Part shown: positions 1 through 14,205 of the stretch, one piece after another
How the letters are laid out: each line of letters starts with the position of its first letter
Numbering within the stretch: position 1 is the stretch's first letter
Assembly (NCBI GenBank): GCA_951406725.2
Contig: OX597822.1
Location: 92,628,001 to 92,692,000, forward strand
Direction of reading: 5' to 3'
From: Octopus vulgaris
Lineage: Eukaryota
DNA length: 64,000 nt
Notes under the pieces: model-generated
Seen by the model: the letters and a program-made list of their open reading frames with translations, nothing else
Databases searched by the model: none
What the model was told of the DNA's origin: nothing
Position numbers and translations under genes: made by a program

Positions 1-156
1 TTTCTCATTTTGTTCATATTTTTTTATGCCCTGTACCCATATATGCATGTATATATACATATATATGTAGGTATGTACATATATGTATGTATATATGCAT
101 ATATTTATATATTATACATATATATATTCCTTTCTCTGGATCTTTCCTTCTCCTAT

Positions 157-191
157 GTTTCCGACGAAGAGCTCCGCTCGAAACGTTAAAC
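157..191 (+). ncRNA. Hammerhead ribozyme-like motif with U4C core change
   Basis: GTTT CCGACGA A GAGC-TCC-GCTC GAAACGTT AAAC. Confidence 0.5.
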
Positions 192-317
192 CCTCCTTCT
201 TCCCTTCCTTCCTGAGCGTCCAATAATACTATATTTGTTCCACGTCCTCGCGTTGTTTGTTGTGTTTTCTCTTTGTGTTTTCATGTGTTTTCTCTTTGTG
301 TTTTCATGTTTGGATTA

Positions 318-352
<35 letters not shown>

Positions 353-1176
353 TTTATTGTTTTTGTGTTAAGGATTGAACAGAGTGTTAAGTAACAGTCC
401 GATTATGTAACCCTGTGCTCATCAGAGATGACAGTTATAGAATGAAGTATGGTGACTGCTCTCTATTGTTGGAGGTGAACAAACACATCTGGTTTGTGGT
501 TGCTGTGGAAATAACAATGAAATGAACCAAGAAAGGGTTGAGTTATGAGTTGTGTCCCTTGGTGCCAAAAACAGCATCTCTTAGGGTGTTGCAAGTCAAC
601 AAGAGTTTTTTGAAAGAGTTTATGGGAAATGTGTGTGTGAGTGTGTTTGTGTTTTATGTATATAAACACACATATATGTCTGTGTATGTGTATGCATGAA
701 TTACTAAATGAATATATATAAACATGCATGCATGCATACATACATACATATGTACGTACATACATACATGCATACATACATACATACATACACATACATA
801 TACATATATACATATACATACATACATACATACGTACATACACACATACATATATGCATACATGGTTAACCAGACTATCAGATGTCATTATACATCACTG
901 GTCACAATGCACTTTGTATCATTTTAGCTTTTGAGTGATGCCACCCTGCTGGCCATCTAACATTCTCCCTGATTGGAAGTTCAGTCCATCGCAGGGTTAT
1001 CCATTTACAGCTGAATGGACTGGTGCAATGTGAAATGCACTGTTCGATCTGAGAACTGAACCCACAATCTAGCAATTGTGAGTACAACATTCTAACCACC
1101 AGTCCACACCTAGTGTTTAGGATGTTGCACATATTATATAGGAGTTTACATTGACGCTTCGTGCAATTCTCTCCCT

Positions 1177-1363
1177 CAGTGATTCCCAACCTTTTCACAG
1201 CAGTTCCTAACCCTTTTATTGAAATGAGTTCCCCATGGATCCCTTTTAATATGCCTATCCTCATGTACATATTTAGGTATAAAATTTTGAATTTAGTTCA
1301 CAAACCCCCAGTACTTCTTTTTCAGACCACTAGGGTCCTGTGACCCCAGGCTGGGAACCACTG
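1177..1363. mobile_element. hAT-like MITE
   Basis: TIRs CAGTGATTCCCAACCT / AGGCTGGGAACCACTG; no TSD visible. Confidence 0.55.
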
Positions 1364-1841
1364 TTCCAGCTTGTCAACCTTTGTTAAACCAGCCAACACA
1401 TACCAGCATGAAATAAAAGATTTATGTTAAGTGATGACAATGATATATATGTGTGTGTGGGATGGGTGGAGGGTGTTTAAACCATCCTCTGATGACCGTT
1501 TAGGAGTGGCTGTGTGGTTAGAATCTTGCTTCCCAACCACATGGTTCCGGGTTCAGTCCCACTGCGTGGCACCTTGGGCAAGTGCCTTCTATTATAGCCT
1601 TAGGCCGACCAAAGCCTTGTGAGTGGATTCAGTAGATGGAAACTGGAAGAAGCCCATAATATGTGTGTGTGTGTGTTTAAGTCATCGTTTGATGGTATTT
1701 AGGAGTGGCTGTGTGGTAAGAAGCTTGCTTCCCAACCACATGACTCCAGGTTCAGTCCCACTGCATGGCAATTTCGGCAAGTATCTTCTACTATGAGTGG
1801 ATTTGGTAGACAGAAACTGAAAGAAGCCTGTTGTGTGTGTG

Positions 1842-1877
<36 letters not shown>

Positions 1878-1928
1878 TGTATGTATGTATGTATGTATGT
1901 ATGTATGTATGTATGTATGTATGTATGT

Positions 1929-1996
<68 letters not shown>

Positions 1997-2227
1997 TTGT
2001 CCCCATTGCTTGACAGCCGATGTTGGTGTGTTTACGTCCCCATAACTTAGTGGTTTGGCAAAAGAGACTGACAGAATAAGTACTAGGCTTACAAAGAATA
2101 ATAAATCAAATCCTGGGGTTGATTTGTTCAATTAAAGGTGGTGATCCAGCATGGCCACAGTCAAATGACGGAAAAAAATAAAAGAATAAAAGAACAACAG
2201 AATATTTATGCAGGGAGAGAGAGAGGT

Positions 2228-2297
<70 letters not shown>

Positions 2298-2326
2298 GGT
2301 AAATGACTGAAAGAAGATTTACTTAC

Positions 2327-2425
2327 CATGACGAAGTAGACACTTAACCACTTTGTAGTTCCCCTTACTTGCGGCTCGGTGTAAAGGTGTGTATCCCTTA
2401 TTGTTCTGTCTGTTCACATCACATC
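2327..2425 (-). CDS. Ankyrin gene exon (GCDVNRQNNKGYTPLHRAASKGNYKVVKCLLRHG); gene continues beyond window start
   Basis: Canonical 99-bp phase 1/1 ankyrin exon with TPLH motif; cag acceptor, gtaagt donor. Confidence 0.92.
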
Positions 2426-2924
2426 CTGACCAAAAGGAGCAAACATGACATTTAAGGCTTACCATAAATATTTCATGCGTTATACATAGAAATATATTCC
2501 CATCCATCCATCCATCCATCCACCTATCTATATATGTGTGTGTCAGGATGTTGACAGCGATGGCTCTATTTTATGTCTGAGAAATTATTTTCGTCTCTGT
2601 TGAACATTTTCTTTATGGTGATGCCATTGATGACACAGTAGAGCACAGGTTCTCAAAGTGGGCATTGGGAGGGTCCAGATGGTTGCTGGTGTCTAAGGGG
2701 GTGGTGTAGGGGGTAGAGAAACGGGATGCATTGGGAGGAAGGCAGTTAATAGGGGGACACTATGAATTTATTATAATATTATTATAGTATTGTATACAAT
2801 ATTCACATCATTTACAATTGACGGATATTTGTCCTCATCTTGTTTGTTGTTAACACGTTTCCAGCCTTCATCCTGGGCTCTCATTCCTAAGCTATTTTTT
2901 GAAGTTATTATTATTATTATTATT

Positions 2925-3583
<659 letters not shown>

Positions 3584-3585
3584 GT

Positions 3586-3660
3586 CCGTGGGCATATGAC
3601 ATAGTGGTTAAGAGTGCGGGCTACTAACCCCAAGATTCTGAGTTCGATTTCAGTCAGTGA

Positions 3661-3698
<38 letters not shown>

Positions 3699-3865
3699 TC
3701 GAAAAATACCATAGGAATGAGAACCCAGGTTTGAAATTTCCCCAAGATACCTGATGAAGGGTGGAGGGTATATCAGCCGAAACGTGTTAACAATAAAGAC
3801 GAGGACAAATATCGTCAATTGTAAATAATGTAATTAATGTGCATAATTCTTCATATAGAACTGTA
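3586..3865 (+). mobile_element. tRNA-headed element with hammerhead ribozyme (family D); other copies 2790-2922(-), 8281-8556(-), 8557-8653(+), 23088-23378(+), 29308-29605(+)
   Basis: A-box-like TAGTGGTTAAG, GGG-CTACTAA-CCC arm, B-box-like GTTCGATT, (AAT)n, then CTGATGA-stem-GAAACG. Confidence 0.8.
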
Positions 3866-4139
3866 TTGTGTACAAATTATATAATATTATATTATATATC
3901 AAATGATTCATAGTATATATAAATTAGTAAAATATAAAATATTTATTTATACATAAAAATTGGGGTGGGGACACTGAGGGTATCATGTGGCCATGATGGG
4001 GAGCAGTGTCCCAAAATGGCCATGATGGGGAGCAGTGTCCCAAAGAACCTCTGGTTTAGAGTGAACAAAATTACTACAACAACCAAGAACTGAACTTGGG
4101 GGATGCTTATGAATTTTTAATATTATTATAGCATTTTTT

Positions 4140-4385
4140 TTTTACTATAGTTTCAGCTCAGAGCTGTGGCCATGGCCATGCTGATGCACCGCTGTTTTGC
4201 TACACTGTCATTACTGAGAGCCTCCTCCAATATGTGGTGCTTGGTGAAGAATGGAGTTTGGTGTAGCTACCCTCATTTGCACCTCTTGGTGAGAGGTAGG
4301 TTCATCTGGGACTCTCAACAGGAAGAGGTCCAGCCTTGATTTAAAAATGTCTACATCTACTTTGTGCAGGTTCCTCAGGCTCAGT
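4140..4385 (-). mobile_element. CR1-like LINE 3' end fragment
   Basis: LRNLHKVDVDIFKSRLDLFLLRVPDEP motif. Confidence 0.6.
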
Positions 4386-4966
4386 ATATATAAATTAGTA
4401 AAATGTAAAATATTCATTTATACACAAAAATAGGAATGGGGCCACTGAGGGTATTATGTGGCAATGAGGGGGACAGTGGCCCCAAAAGTTTAAGAATTTC
4501 TGCTGTAGACCAATTTTTGTATAAAAGAGTCGATAGCTTTGACTGCATGACAATGTTGGTGAAGGATGAAGTTGATTTTGTTGAGCCTTTCCCACCTGTT
4601 ATTTGATTTCCTTTTTCTTTTCTGATGGCATCAGAGTTTTTGGTCCTAATGGTGATGGAACATTGCCACTTGGTAGTCTTGGGTTTGTGTTTCAAACAAT
4701 ATGGGCTCAGTTCCAATGGCTTTCGGTGTTGCTTTGAGTTGGCCCTTGAATCTTCAAAGAGGGCAACCCCATGGTCTTTTCCCTGAAGTGAGCTCACCGA
4801 ATACAACTTGGCGTGGGAACCTTACATATTAAATCCCCATCTGTAATCATCTGTCATATTCTTTTCACACTCTTGTGAACTTACCCACCCACCCATTCTA
4901 TCTCTCCATCCCTTTTTCTTGCTCTAGCTGCATTTTGTCAATGCTAGAATGTTGCAACATATTAAT

Positions 4967-5360
4967 CATCATCATCATCATCATCATTTAACGTCCATTC
5001 TTCATGCTAGCATGGGTTGGACGGTTCAACTGGGGTCTGGGAAGCCAGAAGGCTGCACCAGGCTCCGGTCTTATCTGGCAATGTTTCTACAGCTGGATGC
5101 CCTTCCTAACGCCAACCACTCCGTGAGTGTAGTGGGTACTTTTTACGTGCCACCTGCACTGGTGCCAGGCGAGGCTGGCATCGGCCACGGTCGGATTGGT
5201 GCATTTTACGTGCCACCTGCATGGAAGCCAGTCGAGGTGGCACTGGCTTCGGCCACGATTCGGATGATGCTTTTTACATGCCACCGACACGGAAGCCAGT
5301 TGAGGCGGTGCTGGCATCGGCCACGATTCGGATAGTGCTTTTTACGTATCTCCAGTCCAG
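4967..5360 (-). mobile_element. SINE family C with (GAT)n tail; other copies about 9882-10310, 13520-13715, 16400-17200, 18840-19260, 24008-24340, 24867-25190, 32486-32830, 37716-37967, 40463-40855
   Basis: Repeated ggcacgtaaaaagcacc..gttggcgttaggaagggcatccagctgtagaaac..ggacgttaaac(gat)n. Confidence 0.88.
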
Positions 5361-6712
5361 GGGTCCTGGCATCTGCTGGGACTCCTGGACTGGAGATGAT
5401 ATGCTTCAAAAATATTCAGTGTTTAACTGCAAAAGAATATTGCTGTTACATTTCATTCTAAATAGTGTGGGCAAAGTAGACAATGCCTACATTGAATAAA
5501 ATAGATTGATAGCAATATTTTTCTTTCATGGCAAAATATGCACCTAATTCAACAAGATTATGAAGGTTACTCTGATTACTATGCATAAAATGCAAAATAT
5601 TTAATTTTTTTGTAGATAAGGCAGGCATAATTCACCCCTGCCTTTCAATCTCAGTATTTAATCTATACATAGAACTGCTGTAGGGCACGTGCCGCGTGTA
5701 CAACGTTTTCTTGGTGTGCTATAAAGGCAGAAGTAAATCTACCTACGACTCAGTCGCGTGCCTGTGTTTCGCTTATTTTTCTGTGTTTTACTATATAAAA
5801 CTCACCAGCTGCGTACCCTGAGTAACTACTGACGGCACGTGCCGGGTGCAATGGTAACTATATTGTCTGTCTGACAAGAATTTCAAATAAACTCAAAACT
5901 AGCAACAGAGTTATCTCCCTTTGACTTGCAAAAATTGTCATTCCTCCACATCTGAAATTGGTGATGTCTTTCAAAAATTTCTTCACCTCATTTGTCACAT
6001 TTCCTTCCATTTAATCCACTGAAAATATTTCTCTAATTTATCACATTTCCTAATGTGGTGGTTAAATTTCTGTCAGTAAATTCTTCATTTTTCTGTCTTA
6101 GTAAAATTGTAATAAATATACATAAATTAATAAACTAATTAATTAATTAATCGATTAATTAATTATTAATTAATCGATTAATTAATTATTAATTAATTAA
6201 TCAACTAATTATTAATTATTAATCAATTGAGTGATAATAATAATGATAATAATTTCTATTACAGGCACAAGGTCTGAAATTTTGTTGGAAGGGGAGAGGT
6301 GATTACCTCAACCCCTGTGCTTCAATGGCCCTTATTTGATGAATCTTGAAAGGACCAAATGCAAAGAAGATATCATCATCATCATTATCATAGTTTAACA
6401 TCTGCCTTCCATGCTGGCATGGCTGGGATGGTTTGACAGGAGCTGGCCAGGCAGAAGCCTGCACTAGATTTCGGTGACTGCTTTGGCAGGATCTTTATAG
6501 CGCAGCCTCTTGGCTTGCAATTCCTCAGTCAAACTGTCCAACCCATGCCAGCATGGAAAGCGGACGTTAAACGACGACGACGATGATGATAATTGCACTT
6601 CCTAACACCAACTACTCAACAGAGTGGACTTGGTGCTTTTCACATGGCACAAGCACAGGCAAGGTCAGTTTTGGCAAGGCCTGTGCTTGTGTCACGTAAA
6701 AAAAACACAGTG

Positions 6713-6761
<49 letters not shown>

Positions 6762-7580
6762 TATTATTATTATTATTATTATTTCTACTCTAGGCACAAG
6801 GCCTCGAAAATTTTTGGTGGGGATGGGGATTAGTCGATTACATCAGCCCCAGTGCGTAACATGTACTTATTTCAGCGATCTTGAAAGGATGAAAGGCAAA
6901 GTTGACCTCGGCAGAATTTTAACTCAGAACGTAGTGGCAGACAAATACCGCTAAGCATTTTGCCTGGTGTGCTAACATTTCTGCCAGCTGAACTGGTATA
7001 TATTTTATTCGTAGCACTCCATTAGTTATGATGACGAGGGTTCCAGTTGATCCGATCAACAGAAAGTGCAAGTGGCTGAGCATTCCAAAGACACGTGTAC
7101 CCTTAATGTAGTTCTTGGGGAGATTCAGTATGACACACTGTGTGACAAGGCTGGCCCTTTGAAATACAGGTACAACAGAAACATGACGAAAGAGGGAGAG
7201 AAAGTTGTGGTGAAATAGTACAGCAAGGTTCAATACTACCCCCTGCCAGAGCCTTGTGGAGCTTTAGGTGTTTTTGCTCAATAAACACTCACAACGCCTG
7301 GTCTGGGAATCAAAATCACAATCCTATGACTGCGAGTCCACTGCCCTAACTACTGGGCCATTGCACCTCTGCTTATATTTTATTAACCATGAAAGAAACC
7401 AAAAGCCAATTTCAACTTTAGCAGAATTTAAACTTGGAATCAAAAGTGATGTTGGTGCATATAATAAATCAATCACAACTACTAGGAATATTGACTTTAA
7501 ATTTTGGCACAAGGCCAGCAATTTTGGGATTGTGGGTAAGTTGATTATATCTACCCCAGTGCCCAACTGTAACTTATTTT

Positions 7581-7937
7581 CAAACCTGGGCACCAAACCG
7601 TTAATCCGTTGATCGTTAATTAACAAAGTTAGCTTTTTTGTTAACAATTCAACTTTTAAGTTAACTGTGGAAATCATTATTAGAATAATTAACTTCTGTT
7701 TACTCAATTCAATTAAAGTTAACAGATTTTAGAGTTTTGGCACTTTTTAAAGGTGGTTTTAGAGCCAAAGCTGATTTAAAAAATTTTTCTATAATAAAAA
7801 TCAATGTTAACATTTTACGATAACTTCCGTTATATTTTTAAAGAATTAACTGATTGATGGTTATCAAAGTTAACTGTTTGGTTAACAGATTAATGGTTAA
7901 AGAAGTTAACTTTTCGATTAACGGTGCCCAAATTTTG
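7581..7937. mobile_element. MITE with 8-bp TSD (hAT/P-like) inserted in a SINE
   Basis: Imperfect TIRs caaacctgggcacc / ggtgcccaaattttg; TSD cttatttt at 7573-7580 and 7938-7945. Confidence 0.75.
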
Positions 7938-8358
7938 CTTATTTTTATCAACCACAAGAGGATGAAAGGTAACTTTGATCTTGGTCGAATTTCAACCCAG
8001 AATATTAAGATGGACAAAATGATAGTTAAGTATCTTGCTAACAATTCTTCCAGCTTGTCACCTTGCAGTTATTAGGAATATTGATTATAAAAATACTTTA
8101 AAATAGGTCAACGAAAGTGCAGATGGCAACACCAGTTACAACATCATCAACAACAGAAATAACAAGCCAATAAAGGATAGAAAATGTGACGTTTTGACCA
8201 GCTAGAAACTGCTGTTAAATAACACCTTTAGGAAAAAAAGAAGATAAAACAGATCATATAATGTATCTCTAAATACATTCTACAGTTCTATATTTAAGAG
8301 ATGAGGAATTATGTACATTATTTACATTTGATAGATATTTGTCATCTTGTTTGTTGTT

Positions 8359-8404
8359 AACACAACGTTTCGGCTGATATACTCTCCAGCCTTCATCAGT
8401 TGTC
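8359..8404 (-). ncRNA. Minimal type I hammerhead ribozyme motif (Penelope-type)
   Basis: Reads GACAA CTGATGA A GGCTG-loop-CAGCC GAAAC GTT GTGTT; catalytic core intact, palindromic ACGT helix III. Confidence 0.7.
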
Positions 8405-9397
8405 TTGGGGAAATTTTGAATCTGGGTTCTCATTCCTAAGGTATTTTTCAATGTTGTTGTTATTATTATTATTATTATTATTCAGGTCACTGCCTGGAAT
8501 CGAACTTGGAATCTTGGGGTTAGTAGCCTGCACTCTTAACCGCAACACCATATGCTCCAAGACACCCGATAAAGGCTGGAGGGTATATCAGCTGAAATGT
8601 TGTGTTAACAACAAACAAGATGAGGACAAATATCTGTCAAATGTAAATAATGTAATTACATTCTTATTTCTTTATTGCCCTCAAGTGGTGAAACATAGAG
8701 GGGACAAACAAGGACAGACAAAGGAATTAAGTCGATTACATTGACCCCAGTGCGTAATTGGTACTTAATTTATCGACCCCGAACGAATGAAAGACAAAGT
8801 CGACCTCCGTGGAATTTGAACTCAAAACGTAACGGCAGACGAAATGCCTATTTCTTTACTACCCACAATGGGCTAAACACAGAGAGGACAAACAAGAACA
8901 GACAAATGGATTAAGTTGATTATATCGACCCAGTGCGTAACTGGTACTTTATTTATCGACCCCGAAAAGATGAAAGGCAAAGTCGACCTTGGCGGAATTT
9001 GAACTCAGAATGTAACAGCAAACGAAATACTGCTAAGCATTTCGCCCGGCGTGCTAACGTTTCTGCTAGATTGCCGCTGTCTGAAAAAAGAAAAGATGCT
9101 GTGATCCTATCTGGAACACCTTTGACCATATGGTTGCTTGACAGGAGATGACCTTGGGCTAAACACTAACGTTAGGTGATGTAATCTCAGGTATCCTTTC
9201 TAAAAAAAGACAATATGATCATGGCTGGTATATCTTTGATCATAAATCTTACTTTGCAATAGTGTTCGTGGGAGGCGGGGATGCTAAACAACAACAATAG
9301 CATACACGTACAGTCATTATCATCCATTCTTGTTAATATCCTCATGTCACTCTTCAGAAACAAAAAAAAATTGAGAGAGTTTTCCTGAAATTCTTAC

Positions 9398-9514
9398 CAT
9401 ATGTAATGAGCAAATCCAGAGTGGTAACATCTGTTTCTGGAGAATTAAGAGCAGCATACGTGGCTAAATACAAAGGTCCATCGCCATCTTTGGTGATGCT
9501 CATAAGGTCAGCCC
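9398..9514 (-). CDS. Ankyrin gene exon (GADLMSITKDGDGPLYLATYAALNSPETDVTTLDLLITYG)
   Basis: AG acceptor, gtaag donor, 117 bp phase 1/1; GAD...GDGPLYLA ankyrin motif. Confidence 0.88.
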
Positions 9515-9845
9515 CTTTAAGAGAAATGTAAATAAATAAACATAAGCTAACAAATATTAAAAAAAACCCCTCAAAAGTACATTTAGAGGCAATCACATTA
9601 TTCTGATTTCATATGAGAAGCTCCTTCCCCCCACCCCATTTATCTTATTTGACTTTTTATTTTTTACATGTTTCAGTCATTGCACTGTGGCCATACTTGA
9701 GCACCACCTCAAAGATTAACCCTGGTACTTCTTGTCTTTTTAAAGTCTGGTACTTATTCTATCAGTCTCTTTTGTTGAAATGCTAAGTTATTGGCATGTA
9801 AACAAACCAACATCAATTGTGAAGCAAACACAAAGACGACACCCA

Positions 9846-9883
<38 letters not shown>

Positions 9884-10310
9884 CATCATCATCATCATTT
9901 AACGTCCATTGTCCATGCTGGTATGAGGTGGATGGTTTGACCAGGCTGGTTTGCTGGAAGGCTATACCAGACTCCAGTCTGATTTGGCACGGTTTTCTAC
10001 AGCTGGATGCTCTTCCTAATGCCAAACACTCCGAGAGTGTAATGGGTGCTTTTATGTGCCACCAACATGGTTGACATTTGTGTGATACCAAGGTGCTTTT
10101 ATGTACCACCAGCACAGGTTCCAATTCACGTGACACTATTATCTGCCACAACTGTGATGTTGCTTGGCTTGATGGGTCTTCTCCTCAAGTATGACATAAT
10201 GCCAAAGGTCTCAGTCATTGTCTCAGTGAGGACCAGTGCTCAAAAGGTGATATTTACGTGCCACCAGCACAGGTGCACTTGGCTTGATGGGTCCTCTCAA
10301 GCACAGCACA

Positions 10311-10374
<64 letters not shown>

Positions 10375-10631
10375 GTAACAAGGTAAAAGTTTTTATTTTT
10401 ATTTTCCTTCAAAAATTTATATTAATTGTGGTTTTGGTCATTTTGGCTGCTTCTTCTAGCAAGTAAAAATTACTTGTTAGAGGTTAGTTTTCTCTTGTGT
10501 TTAAATGTACACTATTTTATATTAAGAATATGTTGTCCATTGACTATTTATACATGCTAGGCCACTGGTGGTGATATTTCTAAGGAATATTCGCTACCCT
10601 ACATATGTATGTATATATGTATATATATATC

Positions 10632-11345
10632 AAAGGAAGGCTAACTGGGAGGATAGTTTTTGTATGTGGCAGATGCTTGGGAGCAATAAATAACACTGAA
10701 AATGTGCAGAGAACAACTGCCACAGTCCAGGGAGAAAAACTAGAAGTAGTTGATAGCTTCTGTTACCTAGGTGACCAAGTCAGTAGCAGGGAAGGGTGCA
10801 CTGAAAGTGTAGCTGCTAGAATAAGAATAGCCAAGGCTAAGTTCAGAGAGCTCTTACCTCTGCTGGTGACAAAGGGCCTCCCGCTCAGAGTAAAAGGTAG
10901 ACTGTATGACGCTTGTGTATGAACAGCCATGCTACATGGCAGTGAAACATGGGCCGTGACTGCTGAGGACATGCGTAAGCTCACAAGGAATGAAGCCAGC
11001 ATGCTCCGATGGATGTGTAATGTCAGTGTGCATACTCGACAGAGTGTTAGTGGCTTGAGAGAAAGGTTGGACCTAAGAAGCATCAGATATGGTGTGCAAG
11101 AGAGATGACTGCATTGGTATGGTCATGTGGTGAGAATGGATGTGGATAGCTGAGTGAAAAAGTGCCACACCCTAGCAGTTGATGGAACCTGTGGAAGAGG
11201 TAGACCCAGGAAGACCTGGGATGAGGTGGTGAAGCATGACTTTCGATCATTGGGCCTCACCAAGGCAATGACTAGTGAACGGACCCTCTGGAAATATGCT
11301 GTGCTTGAGAAGACTTGGCAAGCGCAAGTGAGACCATAACCTTGT
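10632..11345 (+). mobile_element. RTE-clade LINE 3' fragment (degenerate ORF2 end)
   Basis: LEVVDSFCYLGD..AKFRELLPLL..KGRLYDACV*TAMLHGSETW..GRPRKTW; internal stops. Confidence 0.85.
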
Positions 11346-11986
11346 GGTTTATGCCAGGGGTCCACTTATGCATGCCTTTCCTTCATTGGACACTAAACTC
11401 TGCTTGCGAAGACCTGCTGAGGCAAGTGAAATCAAAATCAAATTCGATGACTGGCATCCGTGCTAGTGGAGCGCTAAGAGTACCATATGAGTGAGATCGT
11501 TGCGAGAGCAACAAGCTGGCCTCTGTGAAATGGCATGTTATTTTGAAATCCCTGCTCTGTGGATGGAAGTTAATGGGGGAACAGGGGATGCAGAGAGGTA
11601 GTGAATGTGGTGGAGAGGTGGGTGAAGGCTGTGGGGAAACATGGTAGGTGTGAGGAAGGGAAAAAAGGAGAGAAGTATATTCTTTTCTACTCTAGGCACA
11701 AGGCCCGAAATTTGGGGGCTGGGCCAGTAGATTAGATCGACCCTAGTATGAAACTGGTACTTAATTTATCGACTCTGGAAGGATGAAAAGCAAAGTCAAC
11801 CACGGTGGAATTTGAACTCAGAACATAAAGACAGACGAAATACTGCTAAGCATTTCACCTGGCATGCTAACGTTTCTGCCAGTTCGCTGCCTTGGAGAGA
11901 AGTATATTAAGAAATTAACTGAGCTCACTTGTCTCTTACCTTCTATTAATGACACTTGAATCATCCTGTACAAGCATGTGTGTGAG

Positions 11987-12108
<122 letters not shown>

Positions 12109-12371
12109 TGTGTGTTGCAGCAAGGCTGTGACACTGTACCTTACAAAGTCCAGAAGTCTGGTCTATCCATTGGCATAGCTCCAGGGTCATTTGAGACCCT
12201 GGGAACTTTTGATAGGGATCTGTCATGCTAGACAGGTCTGTGGATAGAGGCCAATCTAATATGTATCACCTCTTTGTCAACCCCAAAATGGGTTTGTGTA
12301 GGGCCAGCACCCCAACCCAGAGAAAAGCAAAGTTACAGACACATCAGTGTCAATTTAAAACCAACAATGCC

Positions 12372-12480
<109 letters not shown>

Positions 12481-12796
12481 CCTTCTCTCAGTGAAACATA
12501 ACATTGTGCAGCAAAACCTGAAAGGAAAAGCAGAGATACAAGTGGAGAAAAGCAGAAAGACAGCCCAGATTGTAGAAGAGTGGAGAGTCATAGGTGGACT
12601 ACACCCCATAGGGAGCAAAGGCCTTCAGTATGAGTAGAATAAAACTATACCAGCTTTTGAGATTAGGCTAAATGACTGAGACAGTGATCAACCTCATTGC
12701 AAATGGATACCATAGGTCAGTACAGTGACAGATATTGTCAAGGACAATGATACCTATGCTATGAAGTAAAATAATAAGGAAACAAAAGAAATTTAC

Positions 12797-12848
12797 CTTT
12801 TAGCAGTAAATAAAGAATCAATTTCTTGGATCCACTGAGGCAGGCACA
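12797..12848 (-). CDS. Ankyrin gene exon (CACLSGSKKLILYLLLKG)
   Basis: Acceptor cccattacag, donor AAG|gtaaat; phase 0/1; completes an ankyrin repeat helix pair. Confidence 0.82.
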
Positions 12849-13139
12849 CTGTAATGGGAAAACAATGGACATATATCATTATCAACATCATTGTCATTTT
12901 AAAGTGCATTTTTTCAAGCTTGGAGAGGTCAGATGGAATTTGTTGAGGTAGATTTTTCTACAGCCAGATGCCTTTCCAGTCACCAATTCTCAGCTATTTC
13001 CGAGCAAGGTAACATTTCTGTATGGCCAGACATGTTTTCACTGAACATTGGAAATGAAGGACACCACATGTATGATGGTAACACTCATTTGCAACTATTA
13101 CATCACTTGAAGACAAAGTAGCACAAACACACACAAACA

Positions 13140-13211
<72 letters not shown>

Positions 13212-13445
13212 TTCCCTCGACTATCATGGGCGTTACATTCCAAAATCCCCAGCAAAAGGTGAAAATCCACAAAGTAGAAACAGTACTGTACTGTATATTT
13301 TTTTAAAATTAATTTTTAATAATTTGTATATATTCATTTTATTATAAATGCAAAACAACACCATGGAAGAAATGGTATAAGCTTAAATAATAAACCGTAA
13401 TAGGTGAACCATAACACGGTAAGAGATTACTGTATGACTGTGTGA

Positions 13446-13480
<35 letters not shown>

Positions 13481-13492
13481 TACATACATACA

Positions 13493-13523
<31 letters not shown>

Positions 13524-14159
13524 CCCTGACAGTCACATATAAAAAGCACCCAGCACATTCTGTTAAGTGGTTGGCATTAGGAAGGACATCTAGCTGTAGA
13601 AACCATATCACAACAGACAGTGGGAGTCCAGACAGCTTCCTGCTAGCCAGATCCATGTCAAACTGTCAAATCCATGTCAGCATGGAGACCAGACGGTAAA
13701 CAATGATGATGATGATGAGATATATTAATACATGTCAAATACCATACAACATAAATTCTAGAACTCTTAAAATTATCTCCACCTCTAGAGATTATATCAT
13801 AATTAACAGATGATATTTAAGACTGGAGCCTCTGGAAAAAGAGGAGATAATCTCAAGAATAAAATGTTCTCCAAAACCAACACTCCATGAAAGAAAAGGA
13901 CGGGCTTATTGTCTGGAGATAAGAGGACAGTCATAGACACTGGCTCAGTAGCTGTTATCAGCATGACAGTTGTCTGATCTTAGAAGACTTAGATATATTC
14001 AAATAAAAGTAGAAAGAATTTATGGCCCAGATGATATAAACAAAAATGAGCCAAGAGAAATAACTCAGGGTGACTAGTGGCATGTACATGAATAATGTTG
14101 ATTTTCTCTCTCTCTCTCATTTATATGAGTGTGTTGTATATCCTTGTGCCAACCAATTC

Positions 14160-14205
<46 letters not shown>

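Noticed and set aside
463-2050. ORFs rich in YI/CV/HT/MYVC/RE/LS repeats here and throughout the window
   Set aside because: Translations of di- and tetranucleotide microsatellites, with no splice or domain support.
3590-3662. Functional tRNA gene
   Set aside because: Degenerate acceptor stem, divergent copies, always fused to the same body; it is a SINE-type head.
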